Shown: positions 49,322-59,710 of the stretch, one piece after another
Layout: each line of letters begins with the position of its first letter
Numbering within the stretch: the stretch's first letter is position 1
From: Deltaproteobacteria bacterium
Lineage (GTDB): Bacteria; Myxococcota_A; Polyangia; Polyangiales; Houyiibacteriaceae
DNA: 64,000 bases
Assembly: GCA_034670305.1 (NCBI GenBank)
Contig: JAXMNT010000017.1
Span: 81,669-145,668 of the forward strand
Reading direction: 5' to 3'
Notes under the pieces: generated by a model
Told to the model about the DNA's origin: nothing
Database searches by the model: none
Seen by the model: only the letters and a program-made list of their open reading frames with translations
Position numbers and translations under genes: made by a program

Positions 49322-50131
49322 ATGAGTAGAATCGCTGGGGTTTTGTTGGTGCTGGCGGGGGCTTCTCTGCCGATCGGATGCGGGGAGACCCACGACGACA
49401 CGGACGCAGGCGGAGGCCGCGACGTCGGTACCCGAGCGGACGCGCCGGGCGCCGATGGATCCGCGCTGGATGCCCCAAGCGCACTCGACTGCGGCCCCGT
49501 GGGGCTGCCGACCTGTGTGTCCGGCGACTGCTGTACGAGCCCGGTCGATGGGATCTTCTTGCCCGGGACCTGTACCCCCGGGTGCCCCGACGGCACGGTG
49601 GACCAAGCGCTCTGTGACCCCGCGCCTGGTTGCGGCGGCGGCTTCGGGCTCTGTACGTTGACCGAGGACTGCGTGCTTCAGGCCAACACCTGCTGCGGGG
49701 TGTGCGGCGCGCCGGAGCTCACCGATCTGGACGCGATTCACCGCGACCAGCGCAGCGCTCACTTCATGTCCGTGTGCCCGGAGCCGATGCCGTGCCCTGA
49801 GTGTCCGACCGCGCGCAACCCGAACCTCGGCGCGACCTGCAACGACGCGAACCGCTGCCAAGGGTTCGACGTGCGCGACCTTCCGCTCTCCGAGTGCGAG
49901 GTCGACAGCGACTGCCGCCTTCGGGTGACCGAATGCTGTGAATGCGGCGGCGACGTCTCACCCTTCTCGCTCATCGCCATCCGGACCGACGGCGGCGCGG
50001 CGTACGAGGCCCTGGTCTGCAGCGGCGACGTGATCTGTGACGACTGCGCGCCGACCTACCCGGACAGCCACCAGGCGTACTGCCGCGACAGCCATTGCGT
50101 GGTGGACTTCGCGCCGGACAGCGGGGGTTGA
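49322..50131 (+). CDS. Cys-rich lipoprotein (paralog A)
   Basis: Lipobox PIGC; very Cys-rich; C-domain shared with the next gene. Confidence 0.8.
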   Translation: MSRIAGVLLVLAGASLPIGCGETHDDTDAGGGRDVGTRADAPGADGSALDAPSALDCGPVGLPTCVSGDCCTSPVDGIFLPGTCTPGCPDGTVDQALCDPAPGCGGGFGLCTLTEDCVLQANTCCGVCGAPELTDLDAIHRDQRSAHFMSVCPEPMPCPECPTARNPNLGATCNDANRCQGFDVRDLPLSECEVDSDCRLRVTECCECGGDVSPFSLIAIRTDGGAAYEALVCSGDVICDDCAPTYPDSHQAYCRDSHCVVDFAPDSGG

Positions 50132-50133
50132 AG

Positions 50134-51081
50134 ATGAACGCAGGCGAACTCCGCGAGGTGCTGCGCCCCGCGCGCTGGTTTCGCATCGAGACCGTCGCGC
50201 TGTGCTTGATGACCGCGTGTGTCTGCCCAGCGGATCCACCACCCATGGTGTGCGACTTCCCCACCTCGTGTGTCGACAGCACCTGCTGCGAGTTCGTGGC
50301 CGAGGTGTACTGCGCGCCGTGCCCGCGTGGGACCGAGCCGATGGGCGCGTGCAGCCCTGGGATCTTCTGCGGGGACGCCGGTGTTCCGACCGACACGCCC
50401 CCGCCTCTCGACGGGGGCGACAGCGGTTCTGGGTGCGGTGCGGTGGACGCCGGGCCCATCTGTCGACGGATCGACGACCTGTGTTGCGACTCGGAGTCCC
50501 GCTACCCGCGCATGGGACCGGACTGCAGCCTCTCGTGCGAACCCGGCTACAGCGCGTCTCCGGATGCGTGCGTGCCCGACCCGAGCTGCGAGCCGTCGGT
50601 CGAATGCGACGAACCGAGCGAATGCACGACCACGTTCGAGACGTGTTGCGGCACCTGCAGTGAAGTGGCCCTCAGCGACGTCATCAGCATCCGAGCCGAT
50701 GCGGAGCGCGACTACCGCGACGCGGTCTGCGACGGGGACATCGGTTGCCCACCCTGTGCGCCTCCGCCCCACCCCTACCTCGTCTCGACCTGCAACGCCC
50801 GCCAGTGCCGCGCGCTCGACACCCGCGTTCTGCCGCTCACGCAGTGCACCGCCGATGAGCAGTGCCGGATGCGGGCGACCGAGTGCTGCGAGTGTGGCGC
50901 CGACACCTCACCGGACGCCTTGATCGGCATCCGGATCGACGCCGAAGCGGACTACCTCAACCTGGTCTGCGACAGCGACGCGATCTGCGACGACTGCGTC
51001 CCGATCTACCCAGACACCCACGAAGCGTTCTGCAACGACGTGGGCGCGTGCAGCGTGCGGCTGATCGGCGACGACGACTGA
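50134..51081 (+). CDS. Cys-rich secreted/lipoprotein (paralog B)
   Basis: LMTAC lipobox-like; shares TECCECG, ICDDCxPxYPDxH with the upstream gene. Confidence 0.78.
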   Translation: MNAGELREVLRPARWFRIETVALCLMTACVCPADPPPMVCDFPTSCVDSTCCEFVAEVYCAPCPRGTEPMGACSPGIFCGDAGVPTDTPPPLDGGDSGSGCGAVDAGPICRRIDDLCCDSESRYPRMGPDCSLSCEPGYSASPDACVPDPSCEPSVECDEPSECTTTFETCCGTCSEVALSDVISIRADAERDYRDAVCDGDIGCPPCAPPPHPYLVSTCNARQCRALDTRVLPLTQCTADEQCRMRATECCECGADTSPDALIGIRIDAEADYLNLVCDSDAICDDCVPIYPDTHEAFCNDVGACSVRLIGDDD

Positions 51082-51109
51082 CGGCTACTCGTCGGCGCAA
51101 CCCCCGCAC

Positions 51110-51560
<451 letters not shown>

Positions 51561-51574
51561 GTAGCCTCTGCCGT

Positions 51575-52954
51575 ATGGATGCATGGGGGGCGTTGGCGGG
51601 GTGGGATGCGGTGGAGACGGCGGACCGGATCCGGGCTGGGGAGGTCAGCGCGGGTGAGGTGAAGGCGGCGGCGGTGGCGCGCGCCGAAGACGCGCGGCCG
51701 CTCGGTGCGATCGTGACGGAGACGTTCGAGGACGCGCAGCGTCCGGCCGCGGGGCGGTTCGCGGGGGTGCCCACGTTCATCAAGGATCTGGCGCCGGTTG
51801 CCGGTGTGCCCATCGCGTGGGGCAGCCGGGGCGGCAAGGGCCTTGTCGCGTCCAAGAACGATCCCTTCGTCGACCGGCTCTTCTCACTGGGTCTGGTGAG
51901 TCTCGGCAAGAGCGCTGCGCCGGAGTTCGGCATGACGGGTACGACCGAGCCACTCGGGTTCGATCCGTGCCGCAACCCATGGGATCCGAGCCGCACCGCC
52001 GGTGGCAGCTCGGGCGGGGCGGCGGCGCTGGTCGCGGCAGGTGTGGTGCCACTCGCGCACGGTTCGGATGGTGGCGGGTCCATTCGAATTCCCGCCGCAT
52101 GTTGTGGCCTCGTCGGGTTCAAGACTTCGCGCGGCCGCATGGACATGGAGGGCTCGGGGCTCTTGCCGATCAACGTGGCGGTCAACGGGTGCCTGAGCCG
52201 GACGGTGCGCGATACGGTGGCCTTTCACGAAGCGCTCGAAACCACCCGTCCTCGGCGGGCGCCCATCCTCGACGCACGGCCGACCCATCGCGGGTCTCTC
52301 CGGGTCGGACTCTACGTGGAGGCGGGGCGCGGACCGCTCGACGCGGACGTGCGCGCCGCGGTCCGTGCGGCCGGCGCGACCCTCGAGTCGCTGGGGCACG
52401 CGGTGGAAGAGATCCCCTACCCATATCCAGACACGGTGATCGACGACTTCTTCTACTACTGGGGGCTGCTCTCCTGGGCGCAGGTGCGGCTCAGCCGGTT
52501 CCTCATTCATCCCGACTTCGATCGCAGCGCGATCGACCCGTGGACGCGAGGGCTCGTCGACTACTTTCAGAACAACAAGCGCAAGACCGCTCAGGCAGTC
52601 ATGCGCATGCGCGCGGTGACGCAGGTGCACGAGCGGTTGATGTCCCGGTTCGACGCGCTGGTCAGCCCGGTGCTCGGCTCGGTGGCGACGCCGATCGGCC
52701 ACCTGGCCGCCGACCTGCCGTTCGAAGAACACCTCGGGCGGCTCCAACGGTTCGCGCCGACCACCGCGGTGCTCAACCTCGTCGGTGCGCCGGCGATCTC
52801 ACTCCCGCTCGCGCGGAGCGAAGCAGGCCTGCCGATCGGGATTCAGATCGCGATGGGCACAGGCGACGATGGCAACCTGCTCCGGCTCGCCGCCGCGCTG
52901 GAAGAAGCCGACCCATGGCCCTTGGTTGCGCCGCGACAGTGGGCGACAGCCTGA
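51575..52954 (+). CDS. Amidase signature family protein
   Basis: GVPTFIKD, NPWD, GGSSGG, GSDGGGSIRIPAACCGLVGFK. Confidence 0.95.
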   Translation: MDAWGALAGWDAVETADRIRAGEVSAGEVKAAAVARAEDARPLGAIVTETFEDAQRPAAGRFAGVPTFIKDLAPVAGVPIAWGSRGGKGLVASKNDPFVDRLFSLGLVSLGKSAAPEFGMTGTTEPLGFDPCRNPWDPSRTAGGSSGGAAALVAAGVVPLAHGSDGGGSIRIPAACCGLVGFKTSRGRMDMEGSGLLPINVAVNGCLSRTVRDTVAFHEALETTRPRRAPILDARPTHRGSLRVGLYVEAGRGPLDADVRAAVRAAGATLESLGHAVEEIPYPYPDTVIDDFFYYWGLLSWAQVRLSRFLIHPDFDRSAIDPWTRGLVDYFQNNKRKTAQAVMRMRAVTQVHERLMSRFDALVSPVLGSVATPIGHLAADLPFEEHLGRLQRFAPTTAVLNLVGAPAISLPLARSEAGLPIGIQIAMGTGDDGNLLRLAAALEEADPWPLVAPRQWATA

Positions 52955-52958
52955 TTGT

Positions 52959-54008
52959 CTACTCCGGTGCGGGGCGCTCGCGCATCGTCGAGCCCATCGG
53001 GTTGAAGCGACGGGGGTCGAAGCGTTCGGCGCCGGGGTGCCGTTCGGGGTGGCCGGGGATGGCGAGCTCGGCCGGACCAGGCGAGGCCTCGCGACCAAAC
53101 TCTTCGGGGTTCACGCCCTCCGGAATCGATGGCGGCGTGCGCACCGCATTGGCCGCGCCGCCTCGGACGCGCCGGACGGTGAGCATGTTGATGACCACGT
53201 CGGTGGTCGGGCGGTTGCCCTCGGCCTGCGGCACCCGTGCGATGTGTTCGACGACGTCGGTCTGGCGGCAGCGTCCGAAGACGGTGTAGCGGTCGTCTTC
53301 GAGCTGGGGCGTCGCCCCGTCGGTGATGAAGAACTGCGCGCCGGCATCGTTGGCGCCTTCGAGGTTCGCCATGCACAGCAGTCCCGCCCGGTCGTGTTTC
53401 AAGTCCTCGTGCGGCTCGTCGGGGATCGTGTACCCGACGGTGCCCGTGCCGTCGCCGAGGTAGTCGCCTCCCTGAATGAGGAAGTCTGGAATGACGCGGT
53501 GGAAGATCGTTCCGTTGTAAGCCGGGCGGTTCACCCGCCACTGTCCCGCGCGGGCGTCCCACCAGGCGCGTTTGCCCCGCGCCAGGCCCACGAAGTTGGC
53601 CACCGTGTTGGGAACTTCATCCGTGTACAGGTCGCACATGATGGTGCCGAGCGTGGTGCTCATCTCGACGACGAGGCTGCCGTCGGTGCCAAGCCCCTCG
53701 ACCGCTTCTTGGATCGTGAAGGTGCCGCCGTGCGGGTCGGGCGAGGTCGGTTCCCGGACCAAGTTCTCCTGAGCTTCGCGGCGAGCGGCCTCCGCGGCTT
53801 CCCGCTGCGCGCGCATTCGCGGAGACGCTTCGATGACCTCGTAGCCGTCCTCGGTCCGGGCCCGCTTGGTCAGGGCTTCGGCGTTGGCGACCGAGCCGCC
53901 TTGGGCACGCACGATGCCCTCTTCCGCCACTTCTTCATCGCAGCCGCTGCACGCCGGGTGGAAGGCGGCGAGCGCCAGACAGACCATCATCGTTCGAGAA
54001 TCACGCAT
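52959..54008 (-). CDS. Cyclophilin-type peptidyl-prolyl isomerase, probably exported
   Basis: PNTVANFVGLA, YNGTIFHRVIPDFLIQGGD, LCMAN, QFFIT, YTVFG; N-terminal signal with Cys. Confidence 0.92.
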   Translation of the reverse strand: MRDSRTMMVCLALAAFHPACSGCDEEVAEEGIVRAQGGSVANAEALTKRARTEDGYEVIEASPRMRAQREAAEAARREAQENLVREPTSPDPHGGTFTIQEAVEGLGTDGSLVVEMSTTLGTIMCDLYTDEVPNTVANFVGLARGKRAWWDARAGQWRVNRPAYNGTIFHRVIPDFLIQGGDYLGDGTGTVGYTIPDEPHEDLKHDRAGLLCMANLEGANDAGAQFFITDGATPQLEDDRYTVFGRCRQTDVVEHIARVPQAEGNRPTTDVVINMLTVRRVRGGAANAVRTPPSIPEGVNPEEFGREASPGPAELAIPGHPERHPGAERFDPRRFNPMGSTMRERPAPE

Positions 54009-54187
54009 CGTTCACACCATCCACCATCGGCTCAAAGAGGCAAGCCGAACCGGTTCTTCGAGACCCATCCCGACCCCAGAACAACCCCAACCACGCGGCA
54101 TTCCTTGGAATCTTCAGAAAGTTCGGACCGCCCTGGGCGGAGCCGGGAGCCAGTCGTGTGCCCAGAAAACCGTGCTAGAGGTCTGGC

Positions 54188-55684
54188 GTGGCCGGCAAAG
54201 TCTATTTGGTGGGTGCTGGACCGGGCGATCCGGGCCTCCTGACGCGGGCGGCGGCGGCGGTGCTGCGCCGGGCGGATCTCGTGCTCTACGACGCGCTCGT
54301 ACACCCCGAGCTGCTCGACCTGTGCAGCGGTGAGACGGTGTTTGTTGGCAAACGCGCAGGGCAACCGAGCGCACGCCAGGAGCGGATCAACGCGCGGCTC
54401 GTCGCGGAGGCGCGCGCGGGCAAGATCGTGGCGCGCCTCAAAGGCGGGGACCCCTACCTGTTCGGTCGCGGCAGCGAAGAAGCCGAGGTGCTGAGCCGCG
54501 AGGGCATCGCGTTCGAAGTGATCCCCGGCGTGCCCTCCCCGCTCGCCGCGACCGCCTACGCAGGCATCTCGCTGACCCACCGGTCGATGTCGTCGAGCGT
54601 GGCCTACCTCACCGCGACCGAGTCGCCCGAGAAAGATCAGACGAGCCACGACTGGGCCAAACTCGCGACCGCGACCCAGACGCTCGTCATCTTCATGGGC
54701 ATGCGGAAGATCCGCTCCCTGATGGATCTGCTGGTCGCGAACGGCCGGGATCCGAAGACGCCCGCGGCGGTCATTGCGCGCGCGTCGCTGCCCACCCAGC
54801 AGACGGTGGTCGGGACGGTGGCCACCCTCGCCGACCTCGCCGAGGCGACCGAGATCGGCATGCCTTCGCTCCTCGTCGTTGGCGAAGTCGTGACGCTCCG
54901 GGACAGTTTGCGGTGGTTCGACACCCAGCCCCTCTTCGGCACGAACGTGCTCGTGACCCGTCCGGTGCACCAGGCTGGATCGATGGCGGCGCTGCTCCGG
55001 GATCGCGGCGCGCAGCCGCTCATGGCCCCCACGATCGAACTCTCGGCCCGCACCGCCGAACTCGATCTGCTCAGCACCCGGCTCTCCGAGTACGATTGGG
55101 TCGTGTTCACCAGCGCCAACACCGTCGACTTCGTCCTGGACGCGGTCGATCGCACCGGAGGCGACGCTCGACGTTTCGGAACCGCGCGCCTCATCGCAAT
55201 CGGCGACAAGACCGCCTCCGCCATGCGGCTGCGGGGACTCCGGGCGGACGAGGTGGCGACGACGAGCCGCGCGGAGGGGGTGGTCGACGCGCTCGAGCCG
55301 CTCCTCACCGCCAAGAGTCGCGTCCTGATTCCGCGGTCCGGCCGGGCCCGCAACGTGCTCGTGGATCGCCTGGTGGCCGGTGGTCACCACGTGGATGCCC
55401 CGGTCGCGTACGACGTGCGGCCCGTGGCGGACGCAGCGGCGGACGACGTGCGGGAGAAACTCGCGCAGGCGGAGGCGGTGACGTTCACCAGCGGGTCCAC
55501 CGTCGACGAACTCGTCGCGCTGGTGGGCGTGGACGCCCTGCGGGCGAAGACCCTCGCGTCCATCGGACCGGTGACGAGCGACGCCATCCGCGCCCATGGA
55601 CTCGAGGTCGCGGTGGAGACGTCGCAGCCCAGCATGGAAGGGCTCGTCGCGGCGCTCGCGGACCACGTGAAGGACCAGCCGTGA
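54188..55684 (+). CDS. cobA: Uroporphyrinogen-III C-methyltransferase / synthase fusion (CobA-HemD)
   Basis: VYLVGAGPGDPGLLT, RLKGGDPYLFGRGSEE, then VLVTRP, WVVFTSAN, FTSGST, SIGPVT. Confidence 0.95.
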   Translation: MAGKVYLVGAGPGDPGLLTRAAAAVLRRADLVLYDALVHPELLDLCSGETVFVGKRAGQPSARQERINARLVAEARAGKIVARLKGGDPYLFGRGSEEAEVLSREGIAFEVIPGVPSPLAATAYAGISLTHRSMSSSVAYLTATESPEKDQTSHDWAKLATATQTLVIFMGMRKIRSLMDLLVANGRDPKTPAAVIARASLPTQQTVVGTVATLADLAEATEIGMPSLLVVGEVVTLRDSLRWFDTQPLFGTNVLVTRPVHQAGSMAALLRDRGAQPLMAPTIELSARTAELDLLSTRLSEYDWVVFTSANTVDFVLDAVDRTGGDARRFGTARLIAIGDKTASAMRLRGLRADEVATTSRAEGVVDALEPLLTAKSRVLIPRSGRARNVLVDRLVAGGHHVDAPVAYDVRPVADAAADDVREKLAQAEAVTFTSGSTVDELVALVGVDALRAKTLASIGPVTSDAIRAHGLEVAVETSQPSMEGLVAALADHVKDQP

Positions 55685-56085
55685 CCTGGCTTCGACCCGT
55701 GGCTGCGTGGAGCGTCGTCGGTGCGCTCGTGGTGCTCGGCTCCAGTTGCGGAGACGCGGAGGCACAGGACCCGGTCGCGATCGAAGCGGCGGACTTGCCC
55801 TGTGCGGATGGCGACGCGGCGTCCTGGCAGAGCGCGGAGTGGCCGCCCTTCTCGACCGAAGGTTGCGCATGGCTCGCGTTCGACGGCCGCACCTCGTACC
55901 GGATCGCGCACGAGCTCGGACGCACGCCGCGGTCCGTGCAGCTCTACCTCTCGTTCGGGGCGGATGGACGCAGCTCCGCCCCCACCGCTGGCGACCCCAC
56001 CCGCATCGTCTCGGTGACGGACACCCACGTGGAACTTCGCAACGGCACCAACCAGGACTTCTTCCTGAAGATGGTGCTCCAGTGA
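55681..56085 (+). CDS. Hypothetical lipoprotein
   Basis: GTGA overlap; LGSSC lipobox-like. Confidence 0.7.
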   Translation: MTWLRPVAAWSVVGALVVLGSSCGDAEAQDPVAIEAADLPCADGDAASWQSAEWPPFSTEGCAWLAFDGRTSYRIAHELGRTPRSVQLYLSFGADGRSSAPTAGDPTRIVSVTDTHVELRNGTNQDFFLKMVLQ

Positions 56086-56768
56086 GCGAAGACGAGCATG
56101 CCGACGACAGCTCAGTCGCGGACTCGGGCCCAGACTCCGCCGACGAAGCGGTCGAGCGCGTCGCCCAGCGCGCACGGCATGTCGGGGTGAAGGGGCAGCG
56201 CAAAGCTCGGGGTTCGAAGTCCAAGAAGAAGGGCAAGCGCCAACCCAAGGCGCCGGCCTCGGAGAGCCCGCTGGCCCGCCGATTCGAGTTCGACCTCGCG
56301 GCCGATCGGGCGGCGGCTCGGCTTCGACTGGTCGGCGCATGCATCGTCACCCCGGCCGGCGTCTGGTTGGCCACGACGCCGCTCGAACCGGTCGGCTGGT
56401 TCTTCGTGCTGCTGGCGTTCGCGGTGGGGATCGGCTGGACCCTCTCCTTCGTTCGATCCTTGCGACGCAAACCCGCGCAGTGGTTCCTGGACCTGTCTCC
56501 GGCGGGCCTCGAGGTTGCGTACGGCTCGGATCCCGAGGTGACCCCCTGGAACGATCTCACCAAGGTGGAGGTCGACGAAGACCAGCTGGTGGTGAAGGTC
56601 ACGCTCGTCTCGAGCGAAGAAGAAGAGATCTTTTACGCCATCCCGCCGGTCTGGCAGGGGGTGTCGCTGCACGAACTCGGCGATGCGATCGAAGATGCCC
56701 GCGCCGAGTGGGCGGACCCGAAGACCGCGCGCGCACGCGAGACCCGCACCGACCAAGAACAAGAGTGA
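56082..56768 (+). CDS. Hypothetical two-TM membrane protein (possible PH-like C-domain)
   Basis: GTGA overlap; two TM helices followed by LSPAGLEV...PWNDLTKVEV. Confidence 0.65.
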   Translation: MSEDEHADDSSVADSGPDSADEAVERVAQRARHVGVKGQRKARGSKSKKKGKRQPKAPASESPLARRFEFDLAADRAAARLRLVGACIVTPAGVWLATTPLEPVGWFFVLLAFAVGIGWTLSFVRSLRRKPAQWFLDLSPAGLEVAYGSDPEVTPWNDLTKVEVDEDQLVVKVTLVSSEEEEIFYAIPPVWQGVSLHELGDAIEDARAEWADPKTARARETRTDQEQE

Positions 56769-56824
56769 TCCGATTCGTGCGGAACCGGCTCGCCTGAAAC
56801 GTTTCGGCTGGTAGATTTCGCCGC

Positions 56825-57157
56825 ATGGTTCCCGAGTACGAAGACGAAGGCGACGCAGGCGTCGTCACGGTCACCCAGCCGAAGCAGAAGACGAAGCGGC
56901 CGCCCCTCTACAAAGTGCTGATGCACAACGACGACTACACCACCCGGGAGTTCGTGGTGTGGGTGCTCGAGTCCGTGTTCCAGAAGACCGAGCCCGAAGC
57001 GATCCGCGTCATGATGCACGTGCACATGAACGGGGTCGGGGTGGCCGGCATCTACACCCGCGACATCGCCGAGACGAAAGCCGCGAAGACCGAACGCATG
57101 GCGCGGGAACAGGAATTTCCGCTCCGCCTCACCGTGGAACCCGAAGAACAGGACTGA
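56825..57157 (+). CDS. clpS: ATP-dependent Clp protease adaptor ClpS
   Basis: PPLYKVLMHNDDYTTREFVV, MMHVH, AETK, FPLRLTVE. Confidence 0.97.
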   Translation: MVPEYEDEGDAGVVTVTQPKQKTKRPPLYKVLMHNDDYTTREFVVWVLESVFQKTEPEAIRVMMHVHMNGVGVAGIYTRDIAETKAAKTERMAREQEFPLRLTVEPEEQD

Positions 57158-57331
57158 GCGGCCCCACCGTCCTGGGGTCCTGGGGTCCCACGGGAGCCAC
57201 GACTCTTGCCAGCGGGCCTTTCGAACCCCACAGAGGGCGGAGGCTCCCCCCACCAAACCACCCTGCGCCAAACCGCGCCGGGCGCGGTATGTTGGAGTCC
57301 CCCCTCGAACACGACCGGACGGAAATCATTC

Positions 57332-59623
57332 ATGGCTGGCCCCATCATCGCCAAGGAGTTGCAGGAGACCCTGCGCCGCGCGTTCGACGACGCGGCAGAG
57401 AAACGTTTCGAGTACGTGACGCTCGAACACTTGCTCATGGCGCTCCTCGACGAGCCCAAGGCGCGCAAAGCGATCCGCGCCCTCGGCGGCAACATCGATC
57501 GGCTCCGAGGCCGCCTCGAGGAGTTCCTCGACGAACATTCGACGCGGGTGCCGGACGGCGCGCGCCACGAGACCCAGCAGACCCTCGCGGTCGAGCGGGT
57601 GCTTCAGCGCGCCGCCATCCACGCCATCTCGAGCGAGATGAAGATGATCGACGGCGGCAACGTGCTGGTGCAGCTCCTCAAAGAAGAGGACAGCCACGCG
57701 GTGTGGCTGCTCTCCCAGGAGGGCATCAGCAGCTTTGATCTCAAGCAGTACGTCGCGCACGGGGTTCGCCCCGACGGCATGTCGGATGGAGAGGCGCTGG
57801 CCCACCCTGGCGCCGGCGAAGACGCGGACGTCGACGAAGACGGCGAACCGGTCGTCAAAGATCCGCTCGAAGCCTTCGCCACGGATCTGAACGCGGAGGC
57901 CGAAGCCGGACGCATCGATCCACTCATCGGTCGCGCGCTCGAACTCGAGCGGACCGTCCAGGTGCTGTGCCGCCGCCGGAAGAACAACCCCGTCTACGTG
58001 GGGGAGCCCGGCGTGGGCAAGACCGCGATCGCGGAAGGCCTCGCGCTGCGGATCCACCAGGGCAACGTGCCCGAGGTGCTGCTCGGCGCCCGCATCTTCT
58101 CGCTCGACATGGGCAGCTTGATCGCCGGTACCAAGTTCCGCGGCCAGTTCGAAGAGCGGCTCAAGGGCGTCATCAAGCGCGTGCAAGAGATCGAAGACGC
58201 GATCCTCTTCATCGATGAGATGCACACCATCGTCGGCGCGGGCGCGACCACCGGCAGCTCGATGGATGCGTCCAATATTCTCAAGCCGGCGCTCGCGAGC
58301 GGCAAGATCCGCTGCATCGGTTCGACGACCTTCACCGAGTACAAACACATCGAACGCGACCGGGCGCTCGCGCGGCGGCTGCAAAAGATCGACGTGCTCG
58401 AACCCACCCTCAGCGAGACGGTGGAGATCCTCAAGGGGCTTCGTTCCCGTTACGAGGAGCATCACGACGTCAAGTACGACGACGACGCGATCGAGGCGGC
58501 CGCGAAGCTGGCCAACAAACACATCCTCGAACGTTTCCTGCCCGACAAGGCCATCGATGTGATCGACGAGGCTGGCGCGGCGGATCGGATGAAGTCCGAG
58601 AAAGACCGCACCCGCCGGGTGACGATCGCCGATGTCGAACGCGTGGTCGCCAAGATGGCGCGTGTGCCGGTGGAGTCGGTGACCGCCAAGGAGCGGGACC
58701 AACTGCAGAAGCTCGAGCCCGCGCTCGCGGCGCAGATCTTCGGCCAGGACGACGCGCTTCAGAAGGTGGTCGACGCGATCACCTTGTCGCGTGCCGGGCT
58801 GCGTGCGGATCGCAAACCGGTGGGTTCGTTCCTCTTCGCCGGTCCGACCGGCGTCGGCAAGACGGAACTGGCCCGCCAGCTGGCCAAGGCGCTCGGCGTC
58901 GAGCTGCACCGCTTCGACATGAGCGAGTACGGCGAACGCCACAGTGTGTCGCGGCTCATCGGAGCGCCGCCCGGCTACGTCGGGTTCGACCAGGGCGGTC
59001 TTCTGACCGACGCGGTCCGCAAACATCCGCACTCGGTGCTGGTGCTCGACGAGATCGAGAAGGCCCACCCGGAGCTCTTCAACATCCTCTTGCAGGTGAT
59101 GGACGACGCGCGGCTCACCGACAACAACGGCCGCGAAGCAGACTTCCGCAACGTGGTGCTCATCATGACCACGAACGCGGGGGCTTCGGAAGCGACCGAG
59201 AAGGTGGTCGGGTTCGGCGCCAGCGACGACGCGTCCGTGAAGGCCTTCCAGCGCAGCCGAAGCAAGAACGCGATCGAGAAGATGTTCCGGCCCGAGTTCC
59301 GCAACCGGCTCGACGCGATCATTCACTTCGACGGCCTCAGCCTCGACGTCATCCGCAAGGTGGTCGACAAGGAAGTCGCCCTCCTCTCCGAAGCGCTCGT
59401 GGAGAAGGAAGTCGCCATCTTGCTCACCGACGAAGCGCGCGACTGGCTCGCGGAGCATGGCTACGACCCGGCGATGGGCGCGCGTCCGATGGGGCGGCTG
59501 ATCGAACAGGAGCTCAAGAAGCCGATCGCCAAGGCGCTCGTCTTCGGAGATCTCGGTCCGGGCAAGAAGAAGAAAGTCCGCGTCGGCGTGCGCGACGGAG
59601 CACTCGAGCTCCGGTTCGAGTAG
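57332..59623 (+). CDS. clpA: ATP-dependent Clp protease ATP-binding subunit ClpA
   Basis: EHLL, RRRKNNP, GEPGVGKT, LPDKAID, GPTGVGKT, RFDMSEY, PEFRNRLD; no ClpB M-domain; next to clpS. Confidence 0.96.
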   Translation: MAGPIIAKELQETLRRAFDDAAEKRFEYVTLEHLLMALLDEPKARKAIRALGGNIDRLRGRLEEFLDEHSTRVPDGARHETQQTLAVERVLQRAAIHAISSEMKMIDGGNVLVQLLKEEDSHAVWLLSQEGISSFDLKQYVAHGVRPDGMSDGEALAHPGAGEDADVDEDGEPVVKDPLEAFATDLNAEAEAGRIDPLIGRALELERTVQVLCRRRKNNPVYVGEPGVGKTAIAEGLALRIHQGNVPEVLLGARIFSLDMGSLIAGTKFRGQFEERLKGVIKRVQEIEDAILFIDEMHTIVGAGATTGSSMDASNILKPALASGKIRCIGSTTFTEYKHIERDRALARRLQKIDVLEPTLSETVEILKGLRSRYEEHHDVKYDDDAIEAAAKLANKHILERFLPDKAIDVIDEAGAADRMKSEKDRTRRVTIADVERVVAKMARVPVESVTAKERDQLQKLEPALAAQIFGQDDALQKVVDAITLSRAGLRADRKPVGSFLFAGPTGVGKTELARQLAKALGVELHRFDMSEYGERHSVSRLIGAPPGYVGFDQGGLLTDAVRKHPHSVLVLDEIEKAHPELFNILLQVMDDARLTDNNGREADFRNVVLIMTTNAGASEATEKVVGFGASDDASVKAFQRSRSKNAIEKMFRPEFRNRLDAIIHFDGLSLDVIRKVVDKEVALLSEALVEKEVAILLTDEARDWLAEHGYDPAMGARPMGRLIEQELKKPIAKALVFGDLGPGKKKKVRVGVRDGALELRFE

Positions 59624-59654
59624 GTCCGGTTCGAGTAGGTCCGGTTCGAGTAGG
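59610..59654. repeat. 3 x 15-bp direct repeat TCCGGTTCGAGTAGG duplicating the clpA 3' end
   Basis: The first copy contains the clpA stop codon. Confidence 0.85.
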
Positions 59655-59710
59655 GGCGTTTCGGATCGTCGATGGTGCGTGGAGGTGGGTGAGCGATCTA
59701 CACTGCGTCC

